Below, one piece after another: positions 57,928 through 64,000 of a stretch of 64,000 nt of DNA. Origin of the DNA: an uncultured Planctomycetia bacterium. GTDB lineage: Bacteria > Planctomycetota > Planctomycetia > Isosphaerales > Isosphaeraceae. The notes beneath the pieces are model-generated. The model ran no database searches, had not been told where the DNA came from, and worked only from the letters and a program-made list of their open reading frames with translations. The stretch lies in contig CAZSSM010000002.1 of assembly GCA_964609385.1 (NCBI GenBank), positions 95,270-159,269 of the forward strand, written 5' to 3'. Position numbers and translations under genes: made by a program. Within the stretch, counting starts at the first letter, position 1; each line of letters opens with the position of its first letter.

Positions 57928-60459
57928 ATGCGTGGGACGTCTCGTGACCGGACACCTCGCTCCGGCATTGGGATCCGGCTCGCTCGACACCTCGTCCTGG
58001 GAGCGTTTGTCCTCGGCGCACTCGGTCTTGCCCGAGCGTCGAAGGCCGCGGACCAAACCTCCGAGGCCTTGGCGTTGTTCGAGGCTGAGGTCCGACCCGT
58101 CCTGGTCGAGCGCTGCCAACGGTGCCACGGGCCAGACCGTCAACGCGGGGGACTCCGGCTCGATTCGCTGGAGGCGATGCTCAAGGGCGGCGACTTCGGA
58201 CCGGCTGTTGAGCCCGGCGATCCCGAAGCCAGTTTGATCGTCGAGGCGGTCCGCCACGACGGGTTGGCCATGCCGCCCGACGGCAAACTGGACGATGACC
58301 AGGTCGCGGCGATCGTCGATTGGGTCACCCTGGGCGCCCCCTGGCCCGGCACCGATGCTCAGGCCGCCCAACGCGCCTTGGAACTTGCATCGGCCGAGGG
58401 ACCGTTCACCCCCGAAGATCACGCCTGGTGGTCGCTCCAACCGGTCCAACGCCCCGAACCACCCGTTGTCTCAGCCGGAGCCATCGATCAGCTCTCCGAA
58501 CTGTCTCCCGAGTCCGAGGCGATCGATCGGTTCGTCCTCCGACGGCTCAACGAAGCTGGCTTGGAGCCCGCGCCCCAAGCCGATCGACGAACCCTCGTCC
58601 GTCGCCTCACCTTCGATCTCCTGGGCCTACCACCCACACCGACCGAGATCGATCGGTTCATCCAGGATGAGCGGCCCGACGCCTGGGCCCGTCTGGTCGA
58701 CGAACTCCTGGAGCGGCCCGAGTACGGCGAGCGGATGGCCAGGCGCTGGCTCGACCTGGTCCGCTATGCCGAATCCGACGGCTACCGCCAGGACGCCTAC
58801 CGACCTAACGCCTGGCGCTACCGCGATTATGTTGTCCAGGCCTTTCAGGACGACACCCCCTACGATCGGTTCGTCCAGGAGCAACTGGCCGGCGACGAAC
58901 TCCGGCCCGACGACCCCGAAGTCCGGATTGCCACCGGTTATCTCCGTCTGGGCATCTTCGAATACAATAACCGCGATATCGACACCCAAGATGCCGATAT
59001 CCTCAACGACATCACCGATGTCACCGCCGACGTCTTCCTCGGTTTGGGCTTCGGTTGCGCCCGCTGCCATGATCACAAGTTCGACCCGATCCTCCAGGCC
59101 GACTACTACCGGCTCCAGGCCTTCTTCGCCCCGCTGATCGCCTGCGACGCTCCCACCCTGAGCGACGGCGAACTCCAAGACCACCGGCAACGCGTCGAGA
59201 CCTACCGAGCCCAGACTGACGGGATCCTCGACGAACTCGACGCGATTCGCGATCGAGGATTCGCTCTGGTCTGGCCCCGCGAGGTCGCACGGTACCCGTT
59301 GGAGATCCAAGAGTATCTCAACCGCGATCCCTCGGAGCGGACCCCGCTCGAGCAGCGGCGAGCCGCCCTGGCCGAACGGCAGATCCGAACCTTCCAGGAA
59401 CGCGACTGGCTCAAGGTCCTACCCAAAGAGGACAAGAAGCGTCAGGAGTCCCTCCAAGAAGCGCTGGCCGAGCTGGAACAGGCCCATTGCCTGGAACGGC
59501 CCGAGGAATTGCCCGTCTGTCTGACGATCGCTGAGACCTCCGAACCGCCTCCGATGACGATCCCGAACCATCGGTCCGACTCAGCGCTTGAGCCAGGGTT
59601 CCTCACGATCCTCGATCCCGAACCGGCCACGATCCCCGAGCCCGATCCCGAGTCGACGACCAGCGGTCGCCGGCTCGCTCTAGCCCGTTGGATCACCGAT
59701 CCGGAGCATCCGCTGACGGCTCGGGTCATGGTCAACCGGATCTGGCAGCAGCACTTCGGGCGCGGATTGGTCGCCTCGCCCAACGACTTCGGTCGGCTCG
59801 GCGGGGCGCCGACCCACCCCGAACTGCTTGACTGGTTGGCCGAGACGTTCGTCGGCTCGGGCTGGAGCGTCAAGGCGATGCATCGGGCGATCCTCCTGAC
59901 GTCGACCTACCGTCAGGCCTCCAGGCCGGCCGATCCCTCGACGACCCTCCAGGTCGATCCGACCAACCTCTGGCTCTCGCACATGCCGATGCGTCGCTTG
60001 GAGGCCGAGCAGGTCCGCGACGCCGTCCTGGTCGTTTCCGGCGAGATGTCGGACCGTCGGGGCGGGCCGTCCCGACGCGCTGATCGGGACCCGGTCCGCA
60101 CGATCTACACCGAGGTCCGTCGCAACGCGATCGCCGAAGTGCTGGCCGTCTTCGATGGGACCGCCGGCTCTGGCAGTGTGCCGGTCCGCAACGTCACGAC
60201 CACGCCGACCCAGGCGCTTTTGATGCTCAACGGCGACTGGCTCCGGGCTCGCGGCACCGCCTTCGCCGATCGCGTCCGCCTCGATGGCCTCGAACGCCCC
60301 GATCGGGCGGTCGCGCGGGCCTGGCGATTGGCCCTCGGGCGTCCACCCGAGCCGTTCGAACTCGAGGCCGCCCTCGAGTTCCTCGGCGACGACCCGAATC
60401 GTCTCGATGACCTCTGCCACGCTTTGCTCAATGCTAACGAGTTCCTCTACATCGATTGA
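57928..60459 (+). CDS. PSCyt1 (CxxCH c-type cytochrome-like) + DUF1549 (PSCyt2) + DUF1553 (PSD1) domain protein
   Basis: Signal peptide MRGTSRDRTPRSGIGIRLARHLVLGAFVLGALGLARA. Heme-binding motif CQRCHGPD. DUF1549-like block (RRLTFDLLGLPPTPTEIDRF). DUF1553 C-terminus (MVNRIWQQHFGRGLV...FG). This is the typical Planctomycete/Verrucomicrobia partner of DUF1501. Confidence 0.8.
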   Translation: MRGTSRDRTPRSGIGIRLARHLVLGAFVLGALGLARASKAADQTSEALALFEAEVRPVLVERCQRCHGPDRQRGGLRLDSLEAMLKGGDFGPAVEPGDPEASLIVEAVRHDGLAMPPDGKLDDDQVAAIVDWVTLGAPWPGTDAQAAQRALELASAEGPFTPEDHAWWSLQPVQRPEPPVVSAGAIDQLSELSPESEAIDRFVLRRLNEAGLEPAPQADRRTLVRRLTFDLLGLPPTPTEIDRFIQDERPDAWARLVDELLERPEYGERMARRWLDLVRYAESDGYRQDAYRPNAWRYRDYVVQAFQDDTPYDRFVQEQLAGDELRPDDPEVRIATGYLRLGIFEYNNRDIDTQDADILNDITDVTADVFLGLGFGCARCHDHKFDPILQADYYRLQAFFAPLIACDAPTLSDGELQDHRQRVETYRAQTDGILDELDAIRDRGFALVWPREVARYPLEIQEYLNRDPSERTPLEQRRAALAERQIRTFQERDWLKVLPKEDKKRQESLQEALAELEQAHCLERPEELPVCLTIAETSEPPPMTIPNHRSDSALEPGFLTILDPEPATIPEPDPESTTSGRRLALARWITDPEHPLTARVMVNRIWQQHFGRGLVASPNDFGRLGGAPTHPELLDWLAETFVGSGWSVKAMHRAILLTSTYRQASRPADPSTTLQVDPTNLWLSHMPMRRLEAEQVRDAVLVVSGEMSDRRGGPSRRADRDPVRTIYTEVRRNAIAEVLAVFDGTAGSGSVPVRNVTTTPTQALLMLNGDWLRARGTAFADRVRLDGLERPDRAVARAWRLALGRPPEPFELEAALEFLGDDPNRLDDLCHALLNANEFLYID

Positions 60460-60496
60460 TTCGGTGAACCGACCCGATTCCGGGGGAGCCCCGCTC

Positions 60497-62005
60497 ATGT
60501 CCCGCCTCGAACCGTCCCGACCCACGCCTCGCTTCCCGCACCGCGAGCCGACCCCGCTCTCGCGACGCGAGATGCTCGGCCGCAGCGGCGCGGGCTTCGG
60601 CGCATTGGCTCTGCTCGGACTGCTCGCCCAGGAGGACGACGCCCGCGCCACATCGACGAAGGATCTCGGTTCGAATTCTCATTCGAACGTCGATCCGTTG
60701 GCCCCACGCGCCGGACATCACCCCGCCCGTGCCAAGAGCGTCATCTTCCTGTTTATGGAAGGTGGACCGAGTCACATCGACACGTTCGACCCGAAGCCGA
60801 AGCTCAATGATCTGGCCGGTCAGCAACTGCCCGAGAGCTTCGAGCCCATCATCTTAGCCATGGGCGAGAACCACGCCCCCTTGATGCCCTCGCCTCGCAA
60901 ATGGAAACGTCACGGCCAGTCGGGCCTCTGGGTTTCGGATTGGCTCCCGCATCTGGCCGAATGCGTCGACGACCTGACGATCGTCCGCTCCTGTCAGTCC
61001 GACGGGATCAACCATAGCCCGGCGGTCTGCCAGATGAACACCGGGTCGATCTTGGCCGGTCGGCCGTCTCTGGGCGCTTGGGTCACCTATGGTCTGGGCA
61101 GCGAGAACCAGAACCTGCCCGGCTTCGTCGTGCTGACCGACGACCCGCCCGGCCGCAACGGCGTCACCAACGGCCCTCGGAACTGGGGTACCGGCTTCAT
61201 GCCGGCCACCTTCCAGGGGACTGCACTCGTCCCCGGCGCTGAGCCGATCCCGAACCTCCAGCCGCCCGAGGGGGTTGACCGTCGTCGGCTCCGTCGCGAA
61301 CTCGACCTGCTCGGACAAATCAACGCTCGCCATGCCGAGCATCGGTATCGGCCCGATGACTTGGAAGCGCGGATCCGGAGCTACGAGCTGGCCTATCGGA
61401 TGCAGGCCGTCGCCCCCGAGGCGGTCGACCTCGCCGGCGAGTCGGCCGAGACCCGAGCCCTGTATGGTCTGGACGACGAGGTGACCGGCACGTTCGGACG
61501 CAACTGCCTGTTGGCCCGCCGGCTCGTCGAGCGCGGGGTCCGGTTCGTCCAGCTCTATCACGGCTCGGGCAGCAAATGGGACACCCACTCCGGTCACGAG
61601 AAGCGTGGGACCCGACTCTGTCGTGAGATGGACCGTCCCGTGTCGGCTTTGCTGAAGGACCTCAAGCGCCGAGGGCTGCTCGACGAGACCCTGGTCGTTT
61701 GGGGAGGCGAGTTCGGCCGGACCCCGCAGAGCGAACAGGGCAACGGTCGCGACCACAACCCGTACGGATTCACCATGTGGATGGCCGGGGCCGGTCTGGC
61801 CGGCGGTCGGACCGTCGGGACGACCGATGAGATCGGCCTCCATGCCGTCGATCACAAGCTACACGTCCACGACATTCACGCGACCATCCTGTACCTGCTC
61901 GGCCTCGATCATATGGAACTGACTTACTATCACAAGGGTCGTCCCGAGCGCCCGACCGTCAACGAGGGCGAACCTTCGCCGCAGATCCTTACGATGAACT
62001 CGTGA
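60497..62005 (+). CDS. DUF1501 (sulfatase-like) protein with Tat signal
   Basis: Twin-arginine signal SRREMLGRSGAGFGALALLGLLA. DUF1501 blocks (FMEGGPSHIDTFDPKP...WGGEFGRTP...RDHNP). Immediately downstream of the DUF1549/DUF1553 gene. Confidence 0.85.
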   Translation: MSRLEPSRPTPRFPHREPTPLSRREMLGRSGAGFGALALLGLLAQEDDARATSTKDLGSNSHSNVDPLAPRAGHHPARAKSVIFLFMEGGPSHIDTFDPKPKLNDLAGQQLPESFEPIILAMGENHAPLMPSPRKWKRHGQSGLWVSDWLPHLAECVDDLTIVRSCQSDGINHSPAVCQMNTGSILAGRPSLGAWVTYGLGSENQNLPGFVVLTDDPPGRNGVTNGPRNWGTGFMPATFQGTALVPGAEPIPNLQPPEGVDRRRLRRELDLLGQINARHAEHRYRPDDLEARIRSYELAYRMQAVAPEAVDLAGESAETRALYGLDDEVTGTFGRNCLLARRLVERGVRFVQLYHGSGSKWDTHSGHEKRGTRLCREMDRPVSALLKDLKRRGLLDETLVVWGGEFGRTPQSEQGNGRDHNPYGFTMWMAGAGLAGGRTVGTTDEIGLHAVDHKLHVHDIHATILYLLGLDHMELTYYHKGRPERPTVNEGEPSPQILTMNS

Positions 62006-62077
62006 GGATCCCCCGCAAACCCGGCCGGATCCGAACGGACAGGATCGATCAATCTCGGGTCTCGATGCATTTAGCGA

Positions 62078-63073
62078 TTACCGAGTCGTTGGCATTACTA
62101 GGACGATCTTGCCGGTCGTCTGGTTGGCCTCGAGGGCGCGATGGGCCTCACCAGCGTCCTCCAGGGGCATCGTACGGTCGACGATCGGCCGGATCCGCCC
62201 GCGTTCGAACCAAGGGAGGACGCGGTTGCGGAACGTGGTGGCCAGCACGATCTTCTCCTCGATCGGGCGGGCGCGGAGCACGGTGCCAACGACGGTCAGC
62301 CGCTTCCGCATGATCAGGCTGAGGTCGACCTCGGTCTGGGCCCCGGTCAGAAGGCCGACGATGACGAGCCGTCCGCGCGGGGCGAGCACCTTGAGGTTGG
62401 CCTCGAGCATGGTCGCGCCGAGGAAATCGATGACCAGATCGACCCCTCGCCCCTGCGTCAGGTCCTTGAGCACCTGGGCCACGTGATGCCGAGAGCTATC
62501 GATGCCGTGATCGAGCCCAAGGGTCTGAGCGTGTTCTAATTTGCTGGCGGTTCGTGAGGTGCCGAAGGTCTCGCACCCCATGACATGCGCCAATTGGACG
62601 GCTGCCGTCCCGACTCCGCTGCCCACAGCGTGGATTAGGACCCGCTGGCCGGGTTGGAGTTGTCCTTGGACGGTCAAGGCGTCGAATGCGGTCAGGAAGG
62701 CCTCAGGGATCGCCGCCGCCTCGGGGAGATCGAGCGCCGAGGGGATCGGGATTAGGGTCCGCTCGTGGACCGTGATCGCCTCGGTATAGCCTCCTCCACC
62801 GACGATGCCCATGACGCGATCGCCGGGCGTCCAAGTCCCAGCGGTCGTGGGGCCGAGCCGTTCGACGACTCCGGCGAACTCGAGACCAGGGATGTCGGGC
62901 GGGTCCCCCGGAGGTGCGGGATAGAGCCCTCGACGTTGGAGGAGGTCGGCCCGGTTCACGCCAGACGCCTGGATGCGGACCAAGACCTCCGCCCCGTGCG
63001 GGATGGGCTCGGGCCGATCCTCAATGCGTAGGACTTCGGGACCGCCCGGTTCGGAGATCACGATCGCACGCAC
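62078..63073 (-). CDS. NADPH:quinone oxidoreductase (MDR/zinc-binding dehydrogenase superfamily, Qor-like)
   Basis: MRAIVISEPGGPEVLRIEDRPEP...GVNRADLLQRRGLY...AVGSGVGTAAVQLA are Qor signature blocks with a Rossmann GxGxxG. Confidence 0.8.
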   Translation of the reverse strand: MRAIVISEPGGPEVLRIEDRPEPIPHGAEVLVRIQASGVNRADLLQRRGLYPAPPGDPPDIPGLEFAGVVERLGPTTAGTWTPGDRVMGIVGGGGYTEAITVHERTLIPIPSALDLPEAAAIPEAFLTAFDALTVQGQLQPGQRVLIHAVGSGVGTAAVQLAHVMGCETFGTSRTASKLEHAQTLGLDHGIDSSRHHVAQVLKDLTQGRGVDLVIDFLGATMLEANLKVLAPRGRLVIVGLLTGAQTEVDLSLIMRKRLTVVGTVLRARPIEEKIVLATTFRNRVLPWFERGRIRPIVDRTMPLEDAGEAHRALEANQTTGKIVLVMPTTR

Positions 63074-63207
63074 AGGACAGGTCCCATGTCTTGAGAGATG
63101 TCGGAGACCAACCTATGAAATTTGAAGGACATCGTCGTTTTTGCTCAGCCGGGTCAATTGTCCCCGGCCGTGGAACCACGAGTGAGCCTTGAAGCGGTGA
63201 CGCCGGT

Positions 63208-63630
63208 TCAGTCGCTGACCTTTTCGAGTTCGAAGAGCAGTTGGATCCCCTCAATCGACTCGAAATCCTCGGGGCGCTCACCGACCTCGGGATTGCTCAG
63301 GCAGAGAACGAGTCGGCCGTCTTCGAGCTTATAAATCCCCGGTACTTGCGCGCCGACGATCTCATCGGGACCTTCGTCGATGCCGACATCGATTTGGGCC
63401 GGCTCTTCCTCCGCGTTCAACTCGACGCCGCACTCGAGGGTGATGTTGCCGATCTCGATGGTCAGGGCCTCGTTCTCGAAGGTGAAGGTGAAGACCTGCC
63501 CCTGCTCGGTGGCGGCTTCCCAGGTGCCTTGCATCTTCTCCAGGTCTTCCTGAGCATCGACCATGGCGGGGACGTTGGGGATCATCATCGCGATCGAGAC
63601 GACCAGCGGTGCGCAAGCGTGGAGCAGCAT
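63208..63630 (-). CDS. TIGR03067-type lipocalin-like domain protein (Planctomycete-specific 'LQGTW' family)
   Basis: Signal peptide MLLHACAPLVVSIAMMIPNVPA, then EDLEKMQGTWEAAT...KLEDGRLVL, characteristic of the TIGR03067 family. Start set at the internal Met (63630). Confidence 0.55.
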   Translation of the reverse strand: MLLHACAPLVVSIAMMIPNVPAMVDAQEDLEKMQGTWEAATEQGQVFTFTFENEALTIEIGNITLECGVELNAEEEPAQIDVGIDEGPDEIVGAQVPGIYKLEDGRLVLCLSNPEVGERPEDFESIEGIQLLFELEKVSD

Positions 63631-64000
63631 CGGGAGATTCCCTTGGGGAGTTGGGCGATCGGAGATCGAACAAGATGGGGGTGACCGAAACCGCCGGCCA
63701 CGGTGACGCAGTCTACCGGATCCCAAAGCGCGAGGAAAGTCGGGGCTATTCGGGAAGATCCTCCTGATTCGTCGCTTGGAGAAGCCGCGCCGCTCGACTG
63801 GGGCCCCTGCCCTGGATCCTTATTTAGCGTCAGCTTGGGAGCATCACCTCGGCGAGCGCCACGAGCACGTAGACACGAGGATCAGTGATCGATCCTATGG
63901 GCGAACACTCGAGGCATCTTCCTCGCAAGATTTGCGTGTCTCCGCTCCCGGATTTGTTGGAACGGGTGTTCTGGGTCGCTGGACGCCCTCCGTTCCCCGG

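Noticed and set aside
1-64000. Search for CRISPR arrays, IS elements, integrases or prophage genes
   Set aside because: No regularly spaced direct repeats. No DDE or serine/tyrosine recombinase-like ORFs. The AT-rich islands lack terminal inverted repeats recognisable by eye. The nearest thing to a mobile-DNA signature is the compositional island at 24150-26530 and the scar at 21740-22100.

Overview
This 64-kb window is high-GC (about 68-70%) and reads as Planctomycetota chromosome, probably Isosphaeraceae-like. The lineage markers are three PEP-CTERM proteins, a PSCyt1/DUF1549/DUF1553 plus DUF1501 gene pair, a TIGR03067-type 'LQGTW' protein, an N-terminal 'LEPLEPRQLL' motif and a CSLREA/beta-helix giant protein. 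About 40 protein-coding genes are supportable; no rRNA, tRNA, CRISPR array or recognisable transposase was found. Housekeeping and accessory content: RNase Y-YmdB pair, SSS transporter, M48 peptidase, PhoD-like phosphatase, NfeD-flotillin operon, Uma2 endonuclease, SDR epimerase, an arsR-arsM-arsC'(truncated)-acr3 arsenic island behind an AT-rich boundary, acyltransferase-3, HIBADH-like oxidoreductase, alpha/beta hydrolase, M24-like and M50 (S2P) peptidases, Tex with a very large disordered insertion, a MacB-type ABC transporter, a predicted pseudokinase, and a quinone oxidoreductase. The most unusual items are: (1) a ~4.5-kb beta-helix/RTX adhesin-like gene split by a single-base frameshift in an A6 homopolymer; (2) an orphan copy of that gene's last ~25 codons inside an AT-rich scar upstream of a 1439-aa EF-hand/esterase/FG-GAP-ASPIC/FGE fusion gene; (3) a ~2.4-kb low-GC (about 42-50%) island encoding an internally duplicated 311-aa protein of unknown function next to a large coiled-coil/TPR Ser/Thr kinase; (4) a miniaturised P-type ATPase homologue with degenerate catalytic motifs; (5) a PEP-CTERM protein whose sorting signal is followed by a 96-aa read-through tail. 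All calls come from reading the translated ORFs and the DNA; no database searches were run.
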